29,066 nucleotides of DNA from a virus (IMGVR_UViG_3300020406_000019:1-29066), one strand, 5' to 3'; numbered from the stretch's first letter, positions 15,603 through 24,814 are shown. Numbers and translations: made by a program. Notes: generated by a model not told the origin, from the letters alone.

Positions 15603-18325
15603 TAGTAACCTCCTCCATAGTTACCACCGCCACCACCACCACTGCTAGGTGGATCATTTTGAGTTGGTGGTGTTGTATTTTCTGTAGGTGGATCAACTGT
15701 AACAGGTGTGTCTGGTGTCTCTGTGATACCACTTGCTATGGAAGTTGTACCGCCCGATGGGTCTGACACACCTGATACCTGTGCTGTTTCTTCAACCTGT
15801 ATTGTTGTATTTGGTGGATGACCAACACAATCAATGTAAGATTGAGATTCAAATATTTCGTTGAATTTAGTAGGTCCTACGTACTGATATGTAGGTACAA
15901 TGTTAGCACCATATCCTTCTGGATCTACGATCCGAGGTCGTACAAATCCTAGTGTCTTTGTACTGATAGTTGGGGTCAGTAGTCTACCCTGTGTATCTGT
16001 AGATATGTCACCTATCTCATTAGGTCCGACATATATCTTAGGATTTTTATATCCTTTACCTACGTTTGTGATGTCGATAGTGTCAAGCACTGGTAGTATG
16101 TCATCACAGTTAGCATATAATGCTGTAGCATTAGCAGGAATAGCGAGGTCATAGAACTCCTTGAGTGGATTAAGTTGGAACTTAAATGAACCACCAAGTG
16201 TCTGTACCTTCAGACCAGCTGGAATCAGATCAGTCTTCTCTAGTGTTGCTAGAGCAACCAGTCCAGTGTTATCGTAATCATACTCTATTACCTGTAGTAT
16301 TGCTGTGTTCGGATCACCATCTGATTCTTGATAGAATAGTACATCTCCTGTGTCAGCATAGTCATTTAATTCTACCTTATCTACAAGGAAGAATCTTTGT
16401 TCTCTTGGGCAATATGTATTGTCAGGGTCTAATCCATAACCTACGCCTGGTTTGTTTACCCGTACCTTCTCTATCTTACCATTTTTAATGATAGGGGTCA
16501 AATCAGCACCAACACCCTCTGGTTCATTACATGTGAACATTGCTCTGACTTTAGCAGTCGTATTAATATTGGATCCTTTATTTCTCATCAACACACCCAC
16601 CATAGCACCTATGTCATCAATGATAGGTAACGCTCTGATGAGACTTGTGGACTGTGCATTGTCAAAAATTAATTCTGGGAAGCAAGGTTTCTTACGTTTG
16701 TTACTTGGACTACAGTTTAGAGTGTCAAAGTTGATCGTACCATCTGATGCACGTATAGGATATACACTGTCAAACTTCTCTATTAAGCTCTTACCTTTCT
16801 CAAATGTCTTGGATGTTACGCCAGTACCCGCAGCTCCAACCTCTGCGAACTCACCATTCTTAGTGTTAAATGCTTTCTTGACAAGTTTACCACCTATGAA
16901 CTTCGTGACTGGAACCCATCCACGTGAGTTAGGTATAGCTGTACCAATTAGCTGAGTCTTACCATCTTTCAATGCGGTCTTCGCAGCATCACTATACTGA
17001 CTCATCTGCTTCATTTGCTTATCACCTTCGCTCTCTTTACCTCCTGCTCCTGTCTCGAATGTTGATAATCCAAGAGCACAAGATAGATCACCCTCACAAA
17101 CCATGTCGATTAAATCTAAGACTTTGTTTGTAATCTGTTGGATAAGAGCAGCATTGTTCTTGATAGCACTCAATGCACCATCAAGTATACCCAGTGCAGT
17201 GTCAAGACCTTTCATCAACTTGTCCATCAATCCACCGAACAAGTCTGAGAATATATCTTGTGCCAAACACAATGCAGAGTCAAGTGCTTGTCCTATAAGA
17301 TCATTCAGCAGTCCACCGATGACATCTGCCAGTTCATTGAAGAGTTGTTTGAAGAGACAGTCAACAAGATCTCCTATGTTCTTGAGCTGATCCACAGCTG
17401 GATCTAATAAATCTGGATCAGGAATCTTGATGTCATTGATAACTTCTTGTATGTGCTTCTGTGTCTCCTTTAATACTGTACCCTTGACGTTAGCCAATAC
17501 ACCACCCATGAATCCTTGGATCCTATCTTGGATCGCTTCTATCTCTCCCGCTACGTCTTCTATCGCACCTGTAGTTTTATTGATGAACTCACCTATATCG
17601 TTCTTCTCTATACCTCTAGCAAACTTTAGGAACTCAGCAGTAGCACCTTTGATCTTCACATCTGCGGGTGTACCACACTTACCATTACCTACATGTATAG
17701 TATATTTCTTTCTCTCATCAGCTTTCTTCATTGCCTCAGTCTGTTGCTGTGCATCACCACGTGGGTTGACTGTTGAGACTGTATCGTCAGCAGTAGTTTC
17801 CTGTTGTACAGGACCGCTTGTGTTACCTGTACTGGAATCAGTAGATGTTGTGTCAGCTGTACCACCAACTATACCACCACCTGTACCATGTTTGTCTGGA
17901 TCATAGTCTGGTGCATGTATCTGCTGATATGCTTTACTACTCTCTTCTGGTAGTTTAGTGTATATGTCATTTGGGTTCTGGTCACTGATACTACCCATGA
18001 TGATAGGTATCTGAGCTGAGGATCCATCCATAAAGAATCCAACTACCCATGAGCTAACCTGTAACTGTTGTATAGAACCCATACCACTCTTCATGGCATA
18101 GACAGCTGGCATGATACAAGATGCCCAAGGTAAATCTCTGGTCGGTAGTACCTCTTTGTCTGGGTTGTGATACCCTACAATTCTAACCTTAACCTTACCT
18201 GTATAATCGTAATCTAGTGACTCCTCACCATCGTTCTCTGGATCTGATCCGTCGTTCTCGACTTGTCCTATCCACCAGTTGAACCCATCTTTACCGATGG
18301 CATGTGCTGCACTTTCTAAATTCAT
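15602..18325 (-). CDS. gp5: baseplate hub/spike, gp5 N-terminal OB-fold part with long extension, no lysozyme domain recognised
   Basis: G.DGF.WWIGQVE...G.VKVRIVGYH...LPWA...WVVGFF.DG..AQ.P.I.G is the gp5 OB-fold signature. Confidence 0.85.
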   Translation of the reverse strand: MNLESAAHAIGKDGFNWWIGQVENDGSDPENDGEESLDYDYTGKVKVRIVGYHNPDKEVLPTRDLPWASCIMPAVYAMKSGMGSIQQLQVSSWVVGFFMDGSSAQIPIIMGSISDQNPNDIYTKLPEESSKAYQQIHAPDYDPDKHGTGGGIVGGTADTTSTDSSTGNTSGPVQQETTADDTVSTVNPRGDAQQQTEAMKKADERKKYTIHVGNGKCGTPADVKIKGATAEFLKFARGIEKNDIGEFINKTTGAIEDVAGEIEAIQDRIQGFMGGVLANVKGTVLKETQKHIQEVINDIKIPDPDLLDPAVDQLKNIGDLVDCLFKQLFNELADVIGGLLNDLIGQALDSALCLAQDIFSDLFGGLMDKLMKGLDTALGILDGALSAIKNNAALIQQITNKVLDLIDMVCEGDLSCALGLSTFETGAGGKESEGDKQMKQMSQYSDAAKTALKDGKTQLIGTAIPNSRGWVPVTKFIGGKLVKKAFNTKNGEFAEVGAAGTGVTSKTFEKGKSLIEKFDSVYPIRASDGTINFDTLNCSPSNKRKKPCFPELIFDNAQSTSLIRALPIIDDIGAMVGVLMRNKGSNINTTAKVRAMFTCNEPEGVGADLTPIIKNGKIEKVRVNKPGVGYGLDPDNTYCPREQRFFLVDKVELNDYADTGDVLFYQESDGDPNTAILQVIEYDYDNTGLVALATLEKTDLIPAGLKVQTLGGSFKFQLNPLKEFYDLAIPANATALYANCDDILPVLDTIDITNVGKGYKNPKIYVGPNEIGDISTDTQGRLLTPTISTKTLGFVRPRIVDPEGYGANIVPTYQYVGPTKFNEIFESQSYIDCVGHPPNTTIQVEETAQVSGVSDPSGGTTSIASGITETPDTPVTVDPPTENTTPPTQNDPPSSGGGGGGNYGGGY

Positions 18326-19578
18326 CCTACACTATCTCTGTACAGTGTGACTTGAGTAGACATGGTGTCTCTCTCTGTCAAAAATTGACGGTATATCTTA
18401 CCTATTATGTATCGACCACTATCCTCAACGTTTATTTCACCAGACTTAGCATCATATTTAGTGACCATAACTACATCTCCAATGTATAAGTCCATCTTAC
18501 CTTCATACTGGAAGGTAGCTGACTGACTGAAGAACAACTGGTTCCTGATCATGGACTGACTGAGCTGTCTGGTAAGGTCTTGTGTATATGTACCTTCTGT
18601 GTACATGGCTGTATCCATGACCTTAGACATAATTCTAGTCGGTGCACCACCCAGTTCAGTACCACCAAATCTTCTGAAGAACTCTGGTAGTTCTGCTGTT
18701 GGGTTTAGTTTCTTCATTGAAGAATAGAAGTCATTAATAAAGAAGGGAACCTCTGTATACTTGAAGTCCTTCATGTCTAGTGTAAACGTGGTACTAGCAT
18801 AACTACCAAGATTAAGACCACGGAATATGTCCGACGCACCTGTTACAGTGAATCCATCTAGAGCAATGGTTTCTTCATCTAACTCATCTGCTGAGAAATT
18901 TACCTTTATATCCTTAGCCTTTGGTTGCTCTACCAAACCATCCATTGCTCTGAAATGATACCCTCTCCTGTCCTCATAAAATAAGAATCCCGCACTCTTC
19001 TTACCACTACCATCCTGTAGTATAGATCTCCATGCTAACCATGAGATAATAGTATATGGATCCCAGTATGGACTTACGAAGGATAGTTTAGTAGCACTCT
19101 CATCAACGTCAACTGTCTTGTCTGTCTTTATCTCTGTCTTCATCAACTCTGATACTAACTCATGAGTAAACTTACCTCCTCCCTTACCAAATCTACGGGA
19201 AATTTTTTTGGCAGAATTTTTTACTGCATCAACTGAAACACAATAGATAGTTGCCTGTGACTTCTTACCATCTATCACCATCCTGTCCTTGACATCATAT
19301 ATGATCATACTATATGTGATCACATTATCATAGGTGTCAGTCCAGCTGATGTCGATAGGTTCCATACCTTGTATATTTGATAGAACTGATGACGATGAGT
19401 CATTTAGTTTAAGTATCAACAATACATTTGACTTAGTGATGTCCTCGATGTAGTGTAACTCTAACAAGTTATTACTGGTAAATGGTTGCACTATCATACC
19501 CTGCTGATCCAATTCTGGATCATACATTGACATACCTATCTTTAGGTCTAGTAGTTCAAAATTACTTTCGTTCTTCAT
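18322..19578 (-). CDS. baseplate hub protein, gp27-like
   Basis: Y.EDI, P.W.P...I.WLA, FLFYE...G.HF and G......GD.V...SG.Y.I..I pattern of hub proteins. Located between the tape-measure-like genes and gp5. Confidence 0.7.
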   Translation of the reverse strand: MKNESNFELLDLKIGMSMYDPELDQQGMIVQPFTSNNLLELHYIEDITKSNVLLILKLNDSSSSVLSNIQGMEPIDISWTDTYDNVITYSMIIYDVKDRMVIDGKKSQATIYCVSVDAVKNSAKKISRRFGKGGGKFTHELVSELMKTEIKTDKTVDVDESATKLSFVSPYWDPYTIISWLAWRSILQDGSGKKSAGFLFYEDRRGYHFRAMDGLVEQPKAKDIKVNFSADELDEETIALDGFTVTGASDIFRGLNLGSYASTTFTLDMKDFKYTEVPFFINDFYSSMKKLNPTAELPEFFRRFGGTELGGAPTRIMSKVMDTAMYTEGTYTQDLTRQLSQSMIRNQLFFSQSATFQYEGKMDLYIGDVVMVTKYDAKSGEINVEDSGRYIIGKIYRQFLTERDTMSTQVTLYRDSVG

Positions 19579-21158
19579 ACTACGTCGTTGGGTGTTTGTC
19601 CACCATCCACAATACTAATGCTATGTATTAGATGCTTGCTAGGTTTTAGAGGTGCAGGAGGTAGTGGATCTTCCTCACCAATACCCATAGGAGTGTTACC
19701 CATCTTTGCTATAGCTGCCATAATTGCCTTTGTACCCTCTTCTGATGAATCACCCATTGCACCGAGTGCTATATCAGTCTGTTGGTTGAATATCTGCTCA
19801 TTATCCATCATGACTTGGTTAGTTAGAGTGTTTATATCTTGACTATTATACTGACTACCTTCTGATGCAGGTTGTACATTACCTAGAAGTTTAGATATGA
19901 CTCCACCAACAGATTTGATACCTCTAGCCACAGGAGTCTTCGACATCATATTCTTAGCACCCTGTGTGATATTAGTGATGCTACTTCTCATAGCATCTAT
20001 CTTGGTGTCACCTTGAGTTGACAACGTGTCAGGTGCTAGTGAAGGTCCTCCCATTGCATTAAGAGTTGGATCACCTTCCTCGAATCTTCTCTGGTCAGTG
20101 CCAAATTCATCCATGTAGGTGTCATATTCATGTTTAGCATCCCAATTAGGGTTGCCTTTACCCATTGCCTCAAAATCTTTTAAAGACAATCGTCCTTGAT
20201 CGTGGTTCTGTTTTGAGAACTTGGATTTGCCTTTGGGTTTACTTGCTCCCATACCGAAAGGTAGAAGCATTTTTAGTATGGAACCTATGCCACCACCACC
20301 TTCTTTATCTTTCTTTTTCTTCTTAGTTTTTACACCAAACGTTTTTCCTACCTTAGATACCTGTCCTTCGATTGCTGCTCCCTCACCACCTGGCACATCC
20401 ATGTTGTCTAGCAACCCTGCTAATCCTGCTGCCACTGCCTTGAGTGGTAGTGCCATAGCATCTGCGAGTGCTTTCTTATATTCTTCTAATCCTAAATCTT
20501 CAGTCAGCTCACTGGCAACGTTCTTCTTACCTACCAGTCCTAAGCTCTCTAGTGACTTAACACCTGATTTTGTTTCAGGTCTCTGAGCACTAGGGTTCAG
20601 GGAGTTCATCATAGGTGATGGAGATACAGCACCACCCTCCTGTAATTTTAATCCTGAGTTCTGTGATGCACCAGGCAATGCTATGTGATCGAAACCTTTA
20701 ACTCTTTGTGGTTGTATAACTGTCTCTGGTGCATCATCACCCTTGTCACCTTTATCTCCCTTGTCACCTTTCTCTGGTTGCTCTTTCGATTCTTTTTCTA
20801 CGGGTGCTTCTTCCTCTTCGTAGTCATCGTCGTCTCTGAGGTCATCAGAGTCAGTCAGATCCATAGGAGGTATAGCACCTGGCGATATGAAGTTAGCAAA
20901 CTTCTTCATCGTGGTCTGAGCTTTTAATACCTCATAACCATTTGCTAAGTCTTTCTTTATCCTACCGTTAGCTGAGTCATCTCTCTTGTCTGCTTCAGCA
21001 AGTTGTTGCATGTTCTCAGCAAGCAAGAAGTCCTTATACTTGTCATCCCTGAACATTGACTTGAGCAGATCATTACGATCATCAAAGAGTCTCGTAAGAT
21101 CACTTAGAACCTCATGTACGTCATCTATACTGGGAAATTTGTCCATGTTTTTGCTCAT
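19575..21158 (-). CDS. tape-measure/gp29-like tail protein 2 (acidic N-terminus, short collagen-like repeat)
   Basis: Low-complexity helical protein with EGG.V and AMGGP motifs and a segment homologous to the upstream gene. Position is before the hub gene. Confidence 0.55.
   Translation of the reverse strand: MSKNMDKFPSIDDVHEVLSDLTRLFDDRNDLLKSMFRDDKYKDFLLAENMQQLAEADKRDDSANGRIKKDLANGYEVLKAQTTMKKFANFISPGAIPPMDLTDSDDLRDDDDYEEEEAPVEKESKEQPEKGDKGDKGDKGDDAPETVIQPQRVKGFDHIALPGASQNSGLKLQEGGAVSPSPMMNSLNPSAQRPETKSGVKSLESLGLVGKKNVASELTEDLGLEEYKKALADAMALPLKAVAAGLAGLLDNMDVPGGEGAAIEGQVSKVGKTFGVKTKKKKKDKEGGGGIGSILKMLLPFGMGASKPKGKSKFSKQNHDQGRLSLKDFEAMGKGNPNWDAKHEYDTYMDEFGTDQRRFEEGDPTLNAMGGPSLAPDTLSTQGDTKIDAMRSSITNITQGAKNMMSKTPVARGIKSVGGVISKLLGNVQPASEGSQYNSQDINTLTNQVMMDNEQIFNQQTDIALGAMGDSSEEGTKAIMAAIAKMGNTPMGIGEEDPLPPAPLKPSKHLIHSISIVDGGQTPNDVV
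20736..20771 (-). repeat. (KGD)x4 collagen-like triplet repeat
   Basis: AAA GGT GAC AAG GGA GAT AAA GGT GAC AAG GGT GAT. Confidence 0.9.
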
Positions 21159-23224
21159 AACTTAACGTATCTCCCTGAGAATGAATCGACACCATACGCA
21201 TCCATTGTCTTTGCTTCGACTGTCACGACTTTAGTCACAGGTATAGGTATAGGTTTTGCCACAGGCACTGGATAAGGAATCATTTGAGGTTTCTGTGGTT
21301 TACCACCGCCACCAAACATGTTACCAAACATCCCACCTACAGCACCAAGTAAGCCAGGACCTCCCATAGCACCATTACTGGTTGGCCACCTGACTGTATA
21401 CTGTAGTGGATGACCATATGATGCACCGAGACTAGGACCTCCCTTAGCACCCTCACCACTTGGAGGTTCAACAGCAGTAAATGATAGTAAAGGAGCATAA
21501 GGCATAGGGTTTCCTGCTCCACCATATCTAGTTGAGTCTTTCTTATTATCTGCCTCAAAGTGAAGGTGAGGTCCTGTAGAACTACCTGCACCAGGATCTT
21601 GTGGATCTCCACCAGTCTCAGCAAGTTTCTCTCCTGCCATGAACTCACCAGTTTTCTTGATGAACTTACTTAGGTGTGCTATACGCATCTGTATCTTAGT
21701 CTGTGGTAACCAGACATCCATCATATTTCCATATCCTCCAAACTTACCAGCTGCTAGAATCTTACCACCCTCAGTAAATCCTACGGGTGTACCTACAGGA
21801 GTTCCTATATCCACACCACCATGAGGTTTTTGTCTCCCTTCAGTTGAACCATAGGTATCGGTGATTGGGAAGTTCCCGTATGATGTAGCATTATCTGAAT
21901 CCCATGATGATGAAGTGGTTACACCATTGACAGTTGATATCTTATTAAAACTTGTTCTCTTTTTAAATGTCTCTGCCTTAGCTGGTCTATCAAACATACT
22001 AGCTGCTAGTCCCATGGGTGACATCTTGAATGCTGACTTAGCTAGACCCATAGCACCACCGCCTACCTTCTTCAGGAACCCTGATGCCATTTTTGCTATC
22101 TTACCACCCTTGAACACTGATACTGGTTTCCCCTTCTGTCCAAATACTGCTGCTATCTTTGCTGTCTCACCCAATATCCTTGATGATTCTCCTGTTGGTA
22201 CGGGCAATGTAGACAAGAATCCCGTAGTTACATCTGTTAGTATGTTACCAACCTTACTTAATAGATTACGGAACACAGGACCTAACTTAGAGTGTGGTAC
22301 AACAAGCTCAGGTTCACCACCCTCAGCTATCAGTGCTTGTGTGGGTGAACTAACTTCACCACCGTCTTTCATACCAGTGACATCTTTACCGATAAGGGCA
22401 GCATCTATTCCTGCTGATATAGCAGTACCAGGACCTGGTATTGTAGATGCTATACCTGATCCTGCCTCCATAAGAGCACCAGTTATATCACCTTTCATCA
22501 ATCTTTGAAGACCGAATCCCAGTCCAGCTACTAAACCTATGACTGGTATCTTCTTCAGTCCTATCTTGACTGCTGTCTTGGCAGCCAGTTTAGTTGCTAC
22601 CTTTGCTCCTGCCTTCTGTAATCCCTTCTTAGCACCAGTCTTAACTAACTTCTGTACTACTTTCTTCTTAGCTGACTTTGGTATTACTCTATTGACTAGA
22701 CTGGCACCTTTATTTTTGACTGCTGATACAGCTGACTTACCCGTCTGGAGTACCTTTCCTCCTATCTTCTTACCTACATTCTTTATCTGTGATCCTAATC
22801 TCTGACCTTGCCTAGACATAAACTTCTTAGCTTTGTCTATCTTGAGGACTCGATTGACCTTACGACCAATCTTTAGTCCCCCTGCTTTCATCTTACGTTT
22901 CAGTTTGACGATAGGGTTCCTACCCTTCACCCTCTTCATCCTTTGTTTGAGGGTGTCTTTACCTTTATTCTTTAAAAATTTTTTAGGAACAGTTACACTA
23001 TTCTTGCGTTTCTGCTCTATCTTCTTTTTTTCTGCTTCTCTTTTCTTACTTACAACTGTGACTCTGGTCTGTTGAACCTGAGTCATGAAGAACATTTTCT
23101 TCCTATTTCTGAGATATGAAATATATTCCATCTCAGTGTCGAGCATATTTTTGGCAGTAGAAACCATCCTACCTGATACAGGTAAGAGTTTAATACCAAA
23201 CATAGCAGCGACCCGTTTCTTCAT
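21155..23224 (-). CDS. tape-measure/gp29-like tail protein 1 with M23 (LytM) endopeptidase domain
   Basis: HGGVDIG (HxxxD), GGYGN, AHLS and STGPHLHFE (HxH) define M23. Also KIP.IG...GL and DGG.V..PT.ALIAEGGEPE.VVP tape-measure-type motifs, and a K/R-rich N-terminus. Confidence 0.8.
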   Translation of the reverse strand: MKKRVAAMFGIKLLPVSGRMVSTAKNMLDTEMEYISYLRNRKKMFFMTQVQQTRVTVVSKKREAEKKKIEQKRKNSVTVPKKFLKNKGKDTLKQRMKRVKGRNPIVKLKRKMKAGGLKIGRKVNRVLKIDKAKKFMSRQGQRLGSQIKNVGKKIGGKVLQTGKSAVSAVKNKGASLVNRVIPKSAKKKVVQKLVKTGAKKGLQKAGAKVATKLAAKTAVKIGLKKIPVIGLVAGLGFGLQRLMKGDITGALMEAGSGIASTIPGPGTAISAGIDAALIGKDVTGMKDGGEVSSPTQALIAEGGEPELVVPHSKLGPVFRNLLSKVGNILTDVTTGFLSTLPVPTGESSRILGETAKIAAVFGQKGKPVSVFKGGKIAKMASGFLKKVGGGAMGLAKSAFKMSPMGLAASMFDRPAKAETFKKRTSFNKISTVNGVTTSSSWDSDNATSYGNFPITDTYGSTEGRQKPHGGVDIGTPVGTPVGFTEGGKILAAGKFGGYGNMMDVWLPQTKIQMRIAHLSKFIKKTGEFMAGEKLAETGGDPQDPGAGSSTGPHLHFEADNKKDSTRYGGAGNPMPYAPLLSFTAVEPPSGEGAKGGPSLGASYGHPLQYTVRWPTSNGAMGGPGLLGAVGGMFGNMFGGGGKPQKPQMIPYPVPVAKPIPIPVTKVVTVEAKTMDAYGVDSFSGRYVKL

Positions 23225-23415
23225 CTACGTGTCCGTTTCTCTTTTTCTATACGTTCCCTTTCATCCTTTAACCACTTCGAGAGCATATTGACGTAAATGT
23301 CACGCTCCCATGGGATCATATTTTCTATGTCACTCAAGGTATATTTATGGTGTTGCACCAAGGCAAAATTCGTTGTGTAGAACCTTGCTAACCCCTCTTG
23401 GAACAGGGCTATCCG
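23221..23415 (-). CDS. gp51: gp51-like baseplate hub assembly chaperone segment (64 aa, probably reached by -1 frameshift from gp26; alternative GTG start at 23358)
   Basis: Not in the track. Translates RIALFQEGLARFYTTNFALVQHHKYTLSDIENMIPWERDIYVNMLSKWLKDERERIEKEKRTRR*. NF.L.QHHKY.L..IENM.PWER.IYV is the gp51 signature. The stop is ATGA-coupled to the next gene. Confidence 0.88.
   Translation of the reverse strand, partial: RIALFQEGLARFYTTNFALVQHHKYTLSDIENMIPWERDIYVNMLSKWLKDERERIEKEKRTRR
23342..23349 (-). promoter_or_regulatory. possible late promoter CATAAATA inside gp51
   Basis: NATAAATA on the minus strand about 120 nt upstream of the tape-measure-like start. It coincides with conserved HKY codons, so it may be incidental. 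Confidence 0.35.
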
Positions 23416-24107
23416 AAAAAATTGACTAATCCCTCGATGACTGCATTTGTTTTAGCACCTGATTTAGGATTAGTAACTGTAAGCTCATGCCTAAGAGTAG
23501 GCATAGTGTCAAAGAAGTTTTGGATACTTTCAAACTGGTCGTTAGTAAGTTTCTCCAACCATCCATGAGCTTCTTTTGCTGTGAAGGATCCACAATCTTC
23601 TCCTTTGTTATATACTCTGTCAATACATGATGACACTAACTCGTATGGGTCAGTGGGTTCTTCTGTGAAGTTAACCTTAGCAAAGTATTCTAGGTTAGGA
23701 TACTTCATCTGTACCACGATGTCATCAGTCAATTTAATTGTTGACTCATGTCCGTCTGGAAAGTTAACTTTGACAGCATCCACTGGGAATGACACAGGTA
23801 CTTTAGTTTCTGGGTCATCATCACATGGAACTTCTACATCAATAGTCTCTTGAATAGATCTACCACGTAATTGTAGAAAGATATATTCAACGTCAAAGAT
23901 AGACAGGTCGTCCATCTTGAATCTAGTGATGATACATGCTTTGAATATATTCTTTATCGCTTCTAGTATTTGAGCACTATCATTCTCTTCTAATGCTAGG
24001 ATCAGAATCTTCTGTTCTTTAACAAGGAAGGGGCGATATTTTAATTTCTTCTTCGATGAAGGTATGACCAACTCATAGGTTGGCGTAACAATATCAGGTA
24101 ATGGCAT
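23409..24107 (-). CDS. gp26: baseplate hub subunit / assembly chaperone gp26
   Basis: MPLP.I.TPTYEL.IPS..K..KYRPFLVKE.KIL, FDVEYIFLQLR.RS, MKYP, FF.TMP.L and EGL.NFF. Confidence 0.92.
   Translation of the reverse strand: MPLPDIVTPTYELVIPSSKKKLKYRPFLVKEQKILILALEENDSAQILEAIKNIFKACIITRFKMDDLSIFDVEYIFLQLRGRSIQETIDVEVPCDDDPETKVPVSFPVDAVKVNFPDGHESTIKLTDDIVVQMKYPNLEYFAKVNFTEEPTDPYELVSSCIDRVYNKGEDCGSFTAKEAHGWLEKLTNDQFESIQNFFDTMPTLRHELTVTNPKSGAKTNAVIEGLVNFFG
23415..23421 (-). promoter_or_regulatory. -1 ribosomal frameshift slippery heptamer T TTT TTC
   Basis: gp26 ends AAT TTT TTC GGA TAG. The X XXY YYZ heptamer is in the correct phase and the -1 frame is the gp51 frame. Confidence 0.75.
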
Positions 24108-24134
24108 AATAAATTAGTCCGTATATATTATATA

Positions 24135-24809
24135 TCAGGTTCCTGAGACTCCTACTCTCTGCTCAAACTTGAACGGAGTATACTCAGCATACTCGTAGTA
24201 CATACCTACACTTAACTTGACAACACCAGATCCTGCTGAACTGTAAGGTATAGATGACATCATATATGGATATGACTTACGCAACTGTACGGTGAACACG
24301 TGATAGTTTGCTGTGGGTTGTAGATTATTTTGATCTGGGGAAAATTTTTCGTACTTCTTTATTATTGTATCACATGTATAGTCATTATAGAAGTGTTGAG
24401 CTAACGCTCTTGCTTCTTTCTTACCTGATAGTACGCCAGGATCACCAACGTCAGCACCTTGTACAAACTGTTGCCATGCTGTGAAGAACTTAAATGCTTC
24501 TGACTTGACATCAAGTATACATGAGAAGTCCATCTCATTATATACCTTTGCCATTGCGGGTTTCATGGTGATACCCTTGTGTACTTGCTTCACATCCTGA
24601 CTGGTTAATGACACGCCAGGTATCTGTGCTTCATTCACCAAATCAACCATGAGGTTATTGTAAGATGTATTTTCTATCTGATATTCATCCTTCATGAACT
24701 GCTTCAACTTGTCGCCACAAGCAAACTCCAGATCAAATTGATTGGTAGAACTAGGTCCTCCTCTGGTCTGTAGGTCTGATATGAAGGATGTAACGCTTTT
24801 GAGAGTCAT
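24135..24809 (-). CDS. baseplate tail-tube initiator gp54-like (tail-tube fold)
   Basis: GG....N.F, A.IPG..L, FF..WQ and L...YP.....I.Y.......KL.V...Y.Y pattern of gp19/gp54-fold proteins. Confidence 0.7.
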   Translation of the reverse strand: MTLKSVTSFISDLQTRGGPSSTNQFDLEFACGDKLKQFMKDEYQIENTSYNNLMVDLVNEAQIPGVSLTSQDVKQVHKGITMKPAMAKVYNEMDFSCILDVKSEAFKFFTAWQQFVQGADVGDPGVLSGKKEARALAQHFYNDYTCDTIIKKYEKFSPDQNNLQPTANYHVFTVQLRKSYPYMMSSIPYSSAGSGVVKLSVGMYYEYAEYTPFKFEQRVGVSGT

Positions 24810-24814
24810 AAATA
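24807..24814 (+). promoter_or_regulatory. late promoter CATAAATA for the gp4-gp2-gp48-gp53 block
   Basis: NATAAATA 25 nt upstream of the gp4 ATG (24840). Confidence 0.75.

Noticed and set aside
18455-18461. CTAAATA late-promoter variants inside coding sequence (also 25531-25537 on the plus strand)
   Set aside because: Short AT-rich matches about 130 nt from the next start, indistinguishable from chance without TSS data.
22970-22985. T TTA AAG heptamer early in the tape-measure-like gene
   Set aside because: The -1 frame hits TAA within two codons, and such heptamers are expected by chance in Lys-rich AT-rich sequence.
1047-23853. Numerous plus-strand ORFs of 60-215 aa opposite the minus-strand genes (e.g. 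3230..3526 poly-Pro, 16452..16955, 17427..17906, 21861..22508)
   Set aside because: They are antisense shadows of codon bias in Gly/Thr/Ser-rich genes; the poly-Pro mirrors poly-Gly. They have no RBS or motifs and are fully nested in well-supported genes.
24121-24136. AT-rich TATATAATATATA upstream of gp26 as a promoter
   Set aside because: It contains TATAAT but has no -35 match and is not NATAAATA. It could be a variant late promoter but cannot be supported.
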